In this document: positions 28,506 through 38,021 of the stretch, in pieces | How positions within the stretch are numbered: the first letter of the stretch is position 1 | How the letters are laid out: the number at the start of each line of letters is the position of its first letter | NCBI GenBank assembly: GCA_043801585.1 | Contig: JAZDLX010000007.1 | Span: 9,379 to 73,378, forward strand | Source: a bacterium | GTDB lineage: Bacteria > Electryoneota > Electryoneia > Electryoneales > Electryoneaceae | Direction of reading: 5' to 3' | Length of the DNA stretch: 64,000 nt | Translations under genes and position numbers: made by a program | Notes under the pieces: model-generated | What the model was told of the DNA's origin: nothing | Databases searched by the model: none | What the model saw: the letters and a program-made list of their open reading frames with translations, nothing else

Positions 28506-29675
28506 TCATTCCGTTTCTGACATCGCGGGGTCGTGAATTTCATCTTCGATCGGTTCGCCCGCTCTTCCGCGCACAAACGTACGACCTTTCCAGTGTACGT
28601 TGCCAAACAGAGCTTTCGGCCAGATCGCCCAGAGCAGGAAAGGAGCCGAGGACGCGGTTGCCATCGCCATGACGGCGCGTGGTGGATCTCCAATGACCCG
28701 CAGGGCCGAGGAGGCGAGAATCAGATCGAACAGCCATTTGCGCTTCCATGCACTCCACACTGTCGCGGGTTTCACCAGGCCAAAGAACACGGCGACTGTC
28801 GCCAGTCCCAGTCCCATGAACAGAGCGCTGCTGATCGCACCGATCGCCACCCAGCCCGGAGCGTATTTCGGTCCCACCGAAAGGTGGCGGGCTTTGGTTG
28901 ACAGGATTTTCGACGTCGGAGGAGCCGCGGAGGGGACGAAGGAACGCGGGTCCGCGGAAAAAGCCGCCTTCCAGTCCGTACGTGCGGTGATGTGCTGCAG
29001 GAACAGGTCGTCATCGCCGGAAGCCATTGTGCTGCCGCTTCCGTAGCCGCCGAGATCAAGGTAAAGCTGGCGGCGGTAGGCGAAATTCCGTCCAAAGGCG
29101 TTGAACGGGTACCCGGCTCCGACAGCCGCCGCGCAGAGGACGGCAGCAGACCAGGATTCGCCCGCAGCGAGCACCTGGATGGGATTGCGGACACCCGTCA
29201 ATGGAGCGTATCCGAGAACAACTCCGATGTTTTCCCGCATCGATGATGCCAGGGAGCGCAGCCATCCGGGACCCGGCTGGCAATCCGCATCCGTGGTGAC
29301 AATCCACTCGGCGTCGCAGGCTCGGATGCCGGTGTCGAGAGCCCGTTTTTTCGGGGAAGCGATCGACGACAGGGGGTCGGAACGGAGGGCGTGAAACCGT
29401 TTGTCCCGCTTTTCCGCGGAACGGGCAATGCGCCACGTGGCGTCTTCCGAATCGTCGTCCACGATCAGAAAGTTCACCTTCGATTCGGGGTATTCCTGGG
29501 CGACCAGTGCACCAATCAGGTTGGGCAGGTTCCGCTCCTCATTCCGCGCCGCGACAACCACAGCCACCGTCGGGAGATCATCTTCGGGCACACTGGGGCG
29601 CCTCCGGATCATTGTCAGCCCGAACGAAGCCAGACCCGCCAGGATGCCATATAACATCGTGAAAGTCTTAAGCAT
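28506..29675 (-). CDS. Membrane glycosyltransferase family 2
   Basis: The motifs are LIVDDDS and VTTDADC. The QxxRW position is degenerate (TKARHL). The start was moved to M37 (MLKTFTMLYGILAG). Confidence 0.75.
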   Translation of the reverse strand: MLKTFTMLYGILAGLASFGLTMIRRRPSVPEDDLPTVAVVVAARNEERNLPNLIGALVAQEYPESKVNFLIVDDDSEDATWRIARSAEKRDKRFHALRSDPLSSIASPKKRALDTGIRACDAEWIVTTDADCQPGPGWLRSLASSMRENIGVVLGYAPLTGVRNPIQVLAAGESWSAAVLCAAAVGAGYPFNAFGRNFAYRRQLYLDLGGYGSGSTMASGDDDLFLQHITARTDWKAAFSADPRSFVPSAAPPTSKILSTKARHLSVGPKYAPGWVAIGAISSALFMGLGLATVAVFFGLVKPATVWSAWKRKWLFDLILASSALRVIGDPPRAVMAMATASSAPFLLWAIWPKALFGNVHWKGRTFVRGRAGEPIEDEIHDPAMSETE

Positions 29676-29913
29676 ACGGTTGACTCCCTGCGTCAGGAAA
29701 GCCTGAACATGCCCCAAACCAATAAGATTTGTAATATAGGTGGGGCCGTGAAGCGCTCCAAAGTCTTCGATCAGCCTTTGCAAGCAATAGCTGCCGTAAC
29801 GTATCCTTACCCGAACAGTGTTTGGGATGCCAAAGAATAGTCAACGGGCATCCGGATGTAAGCGTTGTCTCTCACGTTTACAGGCAGTCGGTACTTTTAT
29901 ACGAGCGATCGCG

Positions 29914-31662
29914 ATGCTGCCTTTCCTGAGAAATCTGTCCCCCTATTACCGGTCTTACCGTGGCCGCGTTTTTCTGGGACTTTTCTTTTCCCTCGTCGGG
30001 AACATGTTCACCGTGGCGGGGCCGTGGTACATCCGCCTCGCGATCAACGGGTTGCAGACGAGCATCACCCACCAGAAACTCTGGACCTACGCGGGTATGA
30101 TCCTGCTCGTTGCAGCCGCGTCCGGACTCTTCCGTTTCTTCACGCGCCGTCTGGTGATCGGCGTCAGCAGGTTTATCGAATACGACATGCGCCAGAAGTT
30201 GATCCGGCATCTGCTCAAGCTTGAACCCGCTTTTTTCGACCGCAGCCGCGTGGGCGACCTGATGACTCGATCGACCAGCGACATCGAGCAGGTGCGGATG
30301 GTCGTCGGTCCCGCGCTGATGTACATGACAGGGACGGTCACCAGTTTTATCTTTGCCCTTGTGTTGATGGCGAAGATCAGTCCGAAGATGACCACCATCG
30401 TGCTGTTCATTGCGCCGCTGATGGGAGTGTTGGTCTATTTCCTGGGGCGGCTTGAGCACAAAGCCTCCGCGGAGGCACAGGCGGCATTTTCCGACATTTC
30501 CGCGATGGTGCAGGAAAATCTTGCGGGTATTCGTGTTGTCAAGGCATTCCGCCAGATCCCGCAACAGGAGGCGTTTTTCGCCAGGCGAAGCGACACTCTT
30601 CGTCTGAAAAACCTGAAGATGGTGTTCATTGACGGCTCCTACATGCCGCTGATCATGCTGGTGATGGGCAGCGGGATCGCGGGAATTCTGCTCGTCGGTG
30701 GGCAGCAGATCATCGCCGGAAAATTGCTGGTCGGCGATTTCGTCGCCTTCATCAGTTACCTGATGATGCTCGCCTGGCCGATGATCTCCACCGGCTGGGT
30801 GGTCAGCCTGCTGCAACGGGGGCGGGCCAGCCTTGAGCGCATCCATCATCTGCTCGACAGAGAGCCGCGACTTGTCGATCCCGTCGAGGGCGCCGTTGTC
30901 GAGCCCCGCAAACCGGGGACGCTGGAATTCGGCAAAGTCTCCTTCCGTTATCCGGAGACTGACGTTGACGTGTTGCGTGAAGTATCCTTCAAGGTGAAAT
31001 CCGGCGGGACACTCGGCATCGTCGGGCGTGTGGGCTGCGGCAAGTCGACGATTGCGCATCTGTTGACGAGGATGTATGCGACGGAGCAGGGGAAGGTTCG
31101 CGTCGAAGGGGTGGACATGCGTGACTGGGAGTCCGTCGCCCTGCGAAAGGGGATCGCCGTGGTTCCCCAGGATCCGCTCCTGTTCAGCACTTCGATCCGG
31201 GAAAACATCAATCTTGGCGGGGATTACAGCGATGCAGAGCTCGATCGGGCGGTCGAGATCAGCCGTCTTGTTCAGGACATTCCGGACTTCCCCAACGGGC
31301 TGGAAACGGAGGTTGGAGAACGTGGGATCACACTCTCCGGCGGCCAGAAGCAGCGTGTCGCCATTGCCCGCGCGTTGATCCGCGATCCACGGATCGTCAT
31401 CTTCGATGACGCCCTCTCCGCCGTGGATGCGGAAACGGAAGAGATGATTCTGAAAAACTTCAAGACTTACTTGAAGAATCGGACAACCGTCATCATCAGT
31501 CACCGCGTCACATCGGTCGCCAACGCCGACGAGATCATCGTCATGGATCGCGGCGAGATCCTCGAACGGGGCACGCACGCCGACCTCGTGCGGAAACGCG
31601 GAGCCTATGCCCAACTCTTCCGCGAACAGAGGATCAGCGCGGAGCTGGAGGATGCGGCATGA
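29914..31662 (+). CDS. ABC exporter, fused permease/ATPase half-transporter (MsbA-like)
   Basis: A 6-TM domain precedes Walker A (GRVGCGKST), the signature LSGGQKQR and Walker B (IVIFDDALSAVD). Confidence 0.85.
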   Translation: MLPFLRNLSPYYRSYRGRVFLGLFFSLVGNMFTVAGPWYIRLAINGLQTSITHQKLWTYAGMILLVAAASGLFRFFTRRLVIGVSRFIEYDMRQKLIRHLLKLEPAFFDRSRVGDLMTRSTSDIEQVRMVVGPALMYMTGTVTSFIFALVLMAKISPKMTTIVLFIAPLMGVLVYFLGRLEHKASAEAQAAFSDISAMVQENLAGIRVVKAFRQIPQQEAFFARRSDTLRLKNLKMVFIDGSYMPLIMLVMGSGIAGILLVGGQQIIAGKLLVGDFVAFISYLMMLAWPMISTGWVVSLLQRGRASLERIHHLLDREPRLVDPVEGAVVEPRKPGTLEFGKVSFRYPETDVDVLREVSFKVKSGGTLGIVGRVGCGKSTIAHLLTRMYATEQGKVRVEGVDMRDWESVALRKGIAVVPQDPLLFSTSIRENINLGGDYSDAELDRAVEISRLVQDIPDFPNGLETEVGERGITLSGGQKQRVAIARALIRDPRIVIFDDALSAVDAETEEMILKNFKTYLKNRTTVIISHRVTSVANADEIIVMDRGEILERGTHADLVRKRGAYAQLFREQRISAELEDAA

Positions 31663-33434
31663 GCGCGACTTCCATCCACGAAGAGGAAAAGCTCGGAGTC
31701 GTCTTCGAGCCTCAGCTCATCCGGCGTCTGTTCAAATACGTCAGGCCTTACAGCTGGAAGGTCGCGATCTCGGTCGTGCTGCTGCTGGCGGCGGCAGGGT
31801 TGGAACAGGTCGGGCCGTGGTTGACAAAACTCGCTGTCGATGAGCACATGACGAAGGGGGATTACCCCGGCCTGCTGAAAATCGTGATCCTTTTCGGCGG
31901 TGTCTACCTGGCCCTCAGCATCATTCGGATCGCCCAGACGTTTCTCACCGGGTGGGTCGGGGAGTCGGTGATCTACGACCTCCGCCGGGAACTCTTTTCT
32001 CACATCCAAAGCCAGAGCCTGCGGTTCTTCGATCGCAATCCGGTGGGGAGGCTGGTAACCCGTCTGACCAGCGATGTGCAAACCCTGTCCGAAATCTTCA
32101 CCAGCGGTATCGTCGTCTTCTTCGGGGATATTTTCACCCTCGTGGGAATCATTGTCGCGATGATGCTGCTGAACGTCAAGCTTGCCATCGTCGCGTTTCT
32201 GATGGTTCCGCTGATGGTGTCCATCACGTTCATCTTCAAGAATCGGCTGCGTGATGCATACCGTAACGTGCGTTTGAAAACGGCGGCGATCAATTCATTT
32301 CTGCAGGAACATTTGAGCGGCATTCGGATCGTTCAACTCTTCAACCATCAGAAGCATACGGACGAGGCGTTCGCCGAAGTCAACCGTGATTTTCGCACGG
32401 CGAACCTCGGCACCGTTGCTCTGTTCAGTGCGTTTTTCCCGTTGCTGGAACTGGTCAGCGCCCTCGCGGTTGCGGCAATCATCCTGCGAGGAGGTTATCT
32501 CTCTCTGGAAGGCGCGGTGACAGTGGGCGTATTGATCGCCTTCCTGCAATACACTGAGCGGTTTTTCCGGCCGATCCGTGATCTCGCGGAAAAATGGAAC
32601 ATTTTCCAGTCCGGGATGGCCAGCGCGGAACGCGTTTTCAAGCTTCTGGACACGGCTCCGCAAATTGTTGACGCCAAGGATGCCGGTTGCTGCGATGAAG
32701 CACAGGGGAGAATTGTCTTTGACGATGTTCACTTTTCCTATGACGGGAACGAGGAAGTGCTTCGTGGCGTCAGCTTCTCCATCGAGCCGGGACAGACGGT
32801 GGCGATTGTCGGCGTGACAGGAGCGGGGAAAAGCACCATCATCAACCTCATCGGCCGTTTCTATGATACCACAAAGGGATCGATCCTGATTGACGGCAGG
32901 GATGTCCGCCAGTGGAAACGGGATCTGCTCCTGCGCCACATCGCCTATGTGCATCAGGACGTATTTCTCTTCAGTGGGACCATTCGCGAGAACATCGCTC
33001 TGCTCGACGATTACAGCGACGAGGTGGTGCTTAATGCGGCCAAGACCGTGCATGCGGACCGGTTCATCCAGGCGCTGCCGCGGAGGTTTGACGAACCTGT
33101 GACCGAGCGGGGAAGCACCTTCTCGAGCGGTCAACGGCAATTGCTCTCCTTTGCGCGGGCGCTGGTACGCGATCCGAAGATCCTCGTGCTCGACGAGGCA
33201 ACCAGCTCGGTGGATCCGGAAACGGAGCGGCTGATTCAGGACGCCATGGAGAAATTGATGGAAGGGCGGACGTCGATCATCGTGGCGCACCGTTTGAGCA
33301 CGGTGATGAACGCGGACCTCATCCTGGTGATGCACAAAGGCCTCCTCCGCGAACAGGGAACCCACAAAGAACTGGTTGCCGAAAAAGGCATCTACTGGCG
33401 TCTGTTCCAGACTCAATACAAACAGGTTTCCTGA
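31659..33434 (+). CDS. ABC exporter, fused permease/ATPase half-transporter (heterodimer partner)
   Basis: Walker A is GVTGAGKST, the signature is FSSGQRQL and Walker B is LVLDEATSSVD. It has an ATGA start/stop overlap with the upstream ABC gene. Confidence 0.85.
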   Translation: MSATSIHEEEKLGVVFEPQLIRRLFKYVRPYSWKVAISVVLLLAAAGLEQVGPWLTKLAVDEHMTKGDYPGLLKIVILFGGVYLALSIIRIAQTFLTGWVGESVIYDLRRELFSHIQSQSLRFFDRNPVGRLVTRLTSDVQTLSEIFTSGIVVFFGDIFTLVGIIVAMMLLNVKLAIVAFLMVPLMVSITFIFKNRLRDAYRNVRLKTAAINSFLQEHLSGIRIVQLFNHQKHTDEAFAEVNRDFRTANLGTVALFSAFFPLLELVSALAVAAIILRGGYLSLEGAVTVGVLIAFLQYTERFFRPIRDLAEKWNIFQSGMASAERVFKLLDTAPQIVDAKDAGCCDEAQGRIVFDDVHFSYDGNEEVLRGVSFSIEPGQTVAIVGVTGAGKSTIINLIGRFYDTTKGSILIDGRDVRQWKRDLLLRHIAYVHQDVFLFSGTIRENIALLDDYSDEVVLNAAKTVHADRFIQALPRRFDEPVTERGSTFSSGQRQLLSFARALVRDPKILVLDEATSSVDPETERLIQDAMEKLMEGRTSIIVAHRLSTVMNADLILVMHKGLLREQGTHKELVAEKGIYWRLFQTQYKQVS

Positions 33435-33499
33435 ACGGGTGGACCTCACCCCTGATGATGTGCTATTTTGGCCCATCCAAGACCCCTGACAGGCGGCGT

Positions 33500-34555
33500 A
33501 TGGCTCAGATCCGACGCAAACGATCCTCAGCCCCGGCGGGCATCACACCACGGGAGTTTCACTCGCGAGCTTCGGCGGGGACTCTCGCGCCTGTCTATGT
33601 CGCTCTCGGCGGCGAACCGCTGCTGCTCGACGAAGTCCTCGAAACCATCCGCACGGCTGTCGTTGATGAGACCACCCGGGATTTCAATCTGGATATCGTT
33701 TATGGCGAGGACACGACCGCGCAGGCGCTCGCCGCCGCCATCGGTGCATTGCCGATGATGTCGGCGAAACGTGCCGTTGCGGTGAAACGCGCGGGAGACC
33801 TCCCTGTCCAGGCGAGAACCTACCTTGCGGAGTACTCGAAAAAACCCGTGGACAGCACCGTGCTGGTGCTGCTGTTCGATGAGGAGACTTCGGCAGCGTG
33901 GGTGGAGAAATTCGTGGAGGCGGTGGTGGTGATCGATTGCCGCTCGCCACGCGGAGCGGCGTTGCGTCAATGGGCTGTTTCCTGCGTTCACTCCCTCGAT
34001 GCAGAGATCGATGATGACGCTCTCGACCTGCTGACGGATTCTCCGGGAGTCCGCCTGATCGATCTCGCGGGCGAACTGGAAAAAGCCTCGCTGCTCGCGG
34101 GTGATGGAGGCAGAATCACCCTCGAGATCATGCAGCAGGTGTGGGGCGTCGAACCCGAGATCAACATCTGGGCGTTCATGGACCGTATCGCCGCTGGCAA
34201 CCGGCTGTCCGCGCTGCGTGACATGGGAAAAATGCGGGAGAACCTGTCCAAACCCAAGGAATCAGGACTGGTTTTCTCTCAGACCATCCGCCGCTGGCGG
34301 ATGGCATTGAAAGAACGGATCTACGACAGGCAGCGAGTCCCCTTCGATAAAAGGACCTGGTCGGGCAACACGAAGCGTCAGTGGCAGATGGCTGCATCGG
34401 ACCTCAAATCGCTTCCGGAGTCCGTCGCTGAAAAGGCGCTGGACAGGATGCTTACCTTTGACCGCGATCGAAAAACCCGCTCGATGGATGTGCTGAATGC
34501 CTTCGAGCGCCTGATTCACACAATTGCTCTGGACCGTCAGCGAACGAAAAAATGA
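33500..34555 (+). CDS. holA: DNA polymerase III subunit delta
   Basis: The N-terminus PVYVALGGEPLLLDEVLETIR and its length fit HolA. The start was moved to M16. Confidence 0.65.
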   Translation: MAQIRRKRSSAPAGITPREFHSRASAGTLAPVYVALGGEPLLLDEVLETIRTAVVDETTRDFNLDIVYGEDTTAQALAAAIGALPMMSAKRAVAVKRAGDLPVQARTYLAEYSKKPVDSTVLVLLFDEETSAAWVEKFVEAVVVIDCRSPRGAALRQWAVSCVHSLDAEIDDDALDLLTDSPGVRLIDLAGELEKASLLAGDGGRITLEIMQQVWGVEPEINIWAFMDRIAAGNRLSALRDMGKMRENLSKPKESGLVFSQTIRRWRMALKERIYDRQRVPFDKRTWSGNTKRQWQMAASDLKSLPESVAEKALDRMLTFDRDRKTRSMDVLNAFERLIHTIALDRQRTKK

Positions 34556-35136
34556 ATGATCCCGGCTACCATGACATGGCTGACGAGGAGCTGATGGCCC
34601 TCGTTCAGGAGAATGATGAGGTCGCGTTCGAGCTGCTGGTCGAACGCTATCAACACGTTCTCGCCTCATTTGTCAGTCGCTATCTCGGGCACGGCGACCA
34701 GGTGCAGGACATCCTTCAGGAGACCTTCATTCGGGTCTGGCGCCACCGTAAGCACTATAGAACCGTTGCCAAGTTTTCGACCTGGATTTACACTATCGCC
34801 GGAAATCTTGCGAAAACGGAGCTCCGCCGTTGGAAAGTGCGCCGCTCCGTGCCGATTCGCACCGGTGGTGAGTCACCGGAAGACGAAGCGGTGGACCTCG
34901 TTGACGAAGATGCCGATCCCACGGACAATACCCGTCGTGAAGAGATTCGCGAAACGATCACGCGTGAAATTCAGCTTCTTCCGGAGGTTTACCGGCAGGC
35001 GGTGATTCTTCGTGACCTCGAAGACAAGAGCTACGAAGAGATTTCGGAACTCCTTGATGTTCCAGTTGGTACTGTAAAATCAAGAGTTAATCGCGGACGT
35101 GAACGCTTGCAGGTGCGTCTTCGCGGGCTGCTTTGA
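34552..35136 (+). CDS. RNA polymerase sigma-70 factor, ECF subfamily
   Basis: The sigma-2 region is FELLVERYQ...FIRVWRHRKHYR and the sigma-4 region is YRQAVILRDLEDKSYEEISELLDVPVGTVKSRVNRGR. Confidence 0.85.
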   Translation: MNDPGYHDMADEELMALVQENDEVAFELLVERYQHVLASFVSRYLGHGDQVQDILQETFIRVWRHRKHYRTVAKFSTWIYTIAGNLAKTELRRWKVRRSVPIRTGGESPEDEAVDLVDEDADPTDNTRREEIRETITREIQLLPEVYRQAVILRDLEDKSYEEISELLDVPVGTVKSRVNRGRERLQVRLRGLL

Positions 35137-35297
35137 GTCTCCGGAGCAGTCCTCGGCAAAATTGCCGTGTTCAGGGAACCGGAGGCGGTCAACTGCGTAT
35201 CTCCTTCAGAACAGGAGGCCGGGAAAGGGGATTTCGGTTAGAAACGTTCGACCCACATTGGAGTATTTACCGACACATTTGAACAGGGTCCGGGTGG

Positions 35298-35861
35298 ATG
35301 ATGAAGCTTCATGAGTTTGAGAACCTGTGGGCGCGGCGTGAAGAGCTGTCGCCACAGCAGCGTGCGGAGCTGGAACGCTTCGCGCAATCCGATCGGTTTG
35401 CTCGCTCATTCGTCCAAAAGGGCGAAAGTGTCCGAAGCCTGATGAGGGGATTTGAGGGCGAGCGGGCTCCCGAAGGGTTTGCCTACCGTATGCGGGTGTA
35501 CGCCGCAAATCACCGGGATGAAAGTGTACCGGTTCCAGTTGATCGGAGAGCATGGCTCCGTTGGCCGGCAATGTCCATGGGGCTGGTAGCCGGCGCGATG
35601 CTGGTTCTCTTTGCCTTTGGTCCGATGCTCGGCAAACACGGACAGGTTCCGAGTGCAGGCATGGCTGAGGATCAAGCCAACCAGGTGAACGCCGCTCCTG
35701 AAGTTGAGAAAGGCTTGCCGGAAACGGCTGTGGCGCAGGACGACCTCGCTGAGAACTCTGACAGTCTTTCGGCGCAGGAGCGCACCCAAGACCGTGGCCC
35801 GCGGGCACAGGAATCATTGCCCGACTGGGATTTGCACACTGTCAGTACCGGGGACAATTGA
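35298..35861 (+). CDS. Putative anti-sigma factor (single TM)
   Basis: It lies immediately downstream of the ECF sigma and has a central TM helix, WPAMSMGLVAGAMLVLFAF. Confidence 0.45.
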   Translation: MMKLHEFENLWARREELSPQQRAELERFAQSDRFARSFVQKGESVRSLMRGFEGERAPEGFAYRMRVYAANHRDESVPVPVDRRAWLRWPAMSMGLVAGAMLVLFAFGPMLGKHGQVPSAGMAEDQANQVNAAPEVEKGLPETAVAQDDLAENSDSLSAQERTQDRGPRAQESLPDWDLHTVSTGDN

Positions 35862-35959
35862 TCGGATAGGGCGTTTGGGCTGAATTCGTCTTTAGAAAAC
35901 AGATAGATGGACTCCAACTTCCGGCGCTCTCGACGGCGTCTGGTGTGATTGCAGTTTCA

Positions 35960-36004
35960 GCGTCACGGCGTTACCTTTGTCGCCTGTGACGCGTTTTTTT
36001 TTAT
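35960..36004 (+). terminator. Rho-independent terminator
   Basis: The hairpin GCGTCACGGCG...CGCCTGTGACGC is followed by T9. Confidence 0.6.
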
Positions 36005-36024
36005 TTGCACATCAGGAGTAGAAC

Positions 36025-36222
36025 ATGGCGAAGGCAAAATCCTTCCAGGCCAAATTGGCCAAAGGCAAAAGCGTCTCGAAACGGTTCAACCGGGCGGGGG
36101 AAGAAATCATCACGGTGAAAGTGCTGAAACCGACCGAAGTTCTTGGAAAACCGGGAGTTTTCCGCTACCGTGAAGTGTTTATGGACGTTACCCCCTCAAA
36201 CGAGAAAGAGATCTTTGGCTAA
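36025..36222 (+). CDS. Small Lys-rich hypothetical protein (65 aa)
   Basis: It has a strong CAGGAGTAGAAC RBS. Its stop overlaps the probable TTG start of deoB. It was not recognised. Confidence 0.4.
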   Translation: MAKAKSFQAKLAKGKSVSKRFNRAGEEIITVKVLKPTEVLGKPGVFRYREVFMDVTPSNEKEIFG

Positions 36223-37396
36223 GCCGCTTCGACGAGCTTTTCTGGTCGTGATGGATGGCGTCGGGGTGGGCAATGCCCCCGACGCCTCTGCATTCGGTGA
36301 TGAAGGGAGTGACACCCTCGGGAATCTGTCCCGCGCCGTAGGGGGGCTTCGTTTGCCCACGTTCCAGAAGCTCGGTCTCGGTAATCTCGCCGTCATCGAA
36401 GGGGTGCCACCGGTCCAGTCCCCCCTCGCCGCTTATGGGCGGTTGCAGGAGGTTTCTTCCGGGAAGGACTCCATCAACGGCCACTGGGAACTCTGCGGCC
36501 TGCCCACGGAGCTTCCATTCCCGACCTACTCGAATGCGTTTCCCGCAGACGTTGTCGAATTGGTCCGCAGGATTTCCGGACGCGGGGTGATCGGCAACGA
36601 GGTCGCCAGCGGCACGGAAATCATGGCACGGTTGGGCGGAGAACACGTTCGCAGCGGCGATCTGATCCTTTACACCTCCGCCGATTCCGTACTCCAGATC
36701 CTGGCGCATGAAGAGGTCGTGCCGCTTGACGAACTCTACCGTATCTGCGAGGACATTCACAAGGCTCTGCCGCCGAAACACCGCGTCGGGCGTGTGATCG
36801 CCCGTCCGTTCGTGGGTGAGGATGGCGCGTTCGTGCGGACTGCGAACCGCAGGGATTACGCGGTGGAGCCTCCAGCGGATACCGTGCTGGACGTGCTGCA
36901 CCGGGCGGGAGTGCCCGTACACGGCGTCGGAAAAGTGGACACGCTGTTTGCGGGACGCGGGTATGCCACTGCGACCCACACCAAGGACAACAGGCAGGGC
37001 TTCGACCTGACGCTCGAGAAAATCAATACCATGGACCGTGGGCTGGTGTTCACGAACCTTCTCGACTTTGATACGCAGTGGGGCCATCGCAACGACATTC
37101 CCGGATTCCATAAGGGAATGGAAGAGCTCGATCAGTGGCTTCCGAGCTGGCTGGAAGCTCTCAAGCCGGGCGATCTGATGCTGATGACCGCTGACCACGG
37201 CAACGATCCGACGACGCCCAGCACGGACCATTCACGGGAGCATGTCCCTCTTCTCGCGATTCTCGAGGGAGGGGTGCAGGGTGTGGACCTTGGACTGCGC
37301 CTCGGATTCATGGACGCCGGTGCAACAATTGCTGAATTCTTCGATGTCCCGTGGGCAGGTGCGGGCAAATCCTTCCTCTCAGATCTTCAACGCTGA
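36215..37396 (+). CDS. deoB: Phosphopentomutase
   Basis: Motifs RAFLVVMDGVGVG, GNEVASGTEI and DHGNDPT match the DeoB family. The start was moved to the TTG at 36215, after GAGAAAGAG. Confidence 0.85.
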   Translation: MAKPLRRAFLVVMDGVGVGNAPDASAFGDEGSDTLGNLSRAVGGLRLPTFQKLGLGNLAVIEGVPPVQSPLAAYGRLQEVSSGKDSINGHWELCGLPTELPFPTYSNAFPADVVELVRRISGRGVIGNEVASGTEIMARLGGEHVRSGDLILYTSADSVLQILAHEEVVPLDELYRICEDIHKALPPKHRVGRVIARPFVGEDGAFVRTANRRDYAVEPPADTVLDVLHRAGVPVHGVGKVDTLFAGRGYATATHTKDNRQGFDLTLEKINTMDRGLVFTNLLDFDTQWGHRNDIPGFHKGMEELDQWLPSWLEALKPGDLMLMTADHGNDPTTPSTDHSREHVPLLAILEGGVQGVDLGLRLGFMDAGATIAEFFDVPWAGAGKSFLSDLQR

Positions 37397-37404
37397 GGCA
37401 TCCC

Positions 37405-37992
37405 ATGCGACGGCTGTACGTCTCCACTCGCAACCGTCACAAGCTGGAGGAGTTGCGCATCCTCCTGGGCGATACGGTCGAGTTGCACCATCCCGGTCCG
37501 GACGATCCTGATGTGGAAGAAACCGGGCAAACCCTGTTTGAAAATGCGCTGCTCAAGGCCCGTGCGGGTTTTACACGGTCCGGCATCCCTACTCTCGCGG
37601 ATGATACCGGGCTCGAGGTGGACGCGCTGGACGGGGCCCCGGGGGTCTATTCTTCCCGTTACGCAGGCGAGCGTGCAACCTATGAAGAGAATCGGCACAA
37701 GCTTATCGAAGTGATCCGGCAGTTTCCCGAGGAGGCTCGGACGGCGCGTTTTCGCAGCATCATCGTCTATGTTGACGGGGTTCGGGAGTTGCACTTTGAG
37801 GGAGAAGTTGAGGGGACGATCCTGACCGACGAACGGGGAACCAATGGTTTCGGGTACGACTCCGTTTTTCTTCCGAAGGGGGAGACCCGGACGATGGCGG
37901 AAATGACGGACAGGGAGAAAAACGCCATTAGCCACCGGGGCAGGGCGCTACGGGCATTTTTGCAATGGTGGAAATCGGAGGATGCTGGATAG
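37405..37992 (+). CDS. rdgB: Non-canonical purine NTP pyrophosphatase (RdgB/HAM1)
   Basis: It carries STRNRHKLEE and TLADDTGLEVDALDGAPGVYSSRYAG. The start was moved to M19. Confidence 0.85.
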   Translation: MRRLYVSTRNRHKLEELRILLGDTVELHHPGPDDPDVEETGQTLFENALLKARAGFTRSGIPTLADDTGLEVDALDGAPGVYSSRYAGERATYEENRHKLIEVIRQFPEEARTARFRSIIVYVDGVRELHFEGEVEGTILTDERGTNGFGYDSVFLPKGETRTMAEMTDREKNAISHRGRALRAFLQWWKSEDAG

Positions 37993-38021
37993 ATGGATCT
38001 GATGGCAGGGAGCGAAACGTC

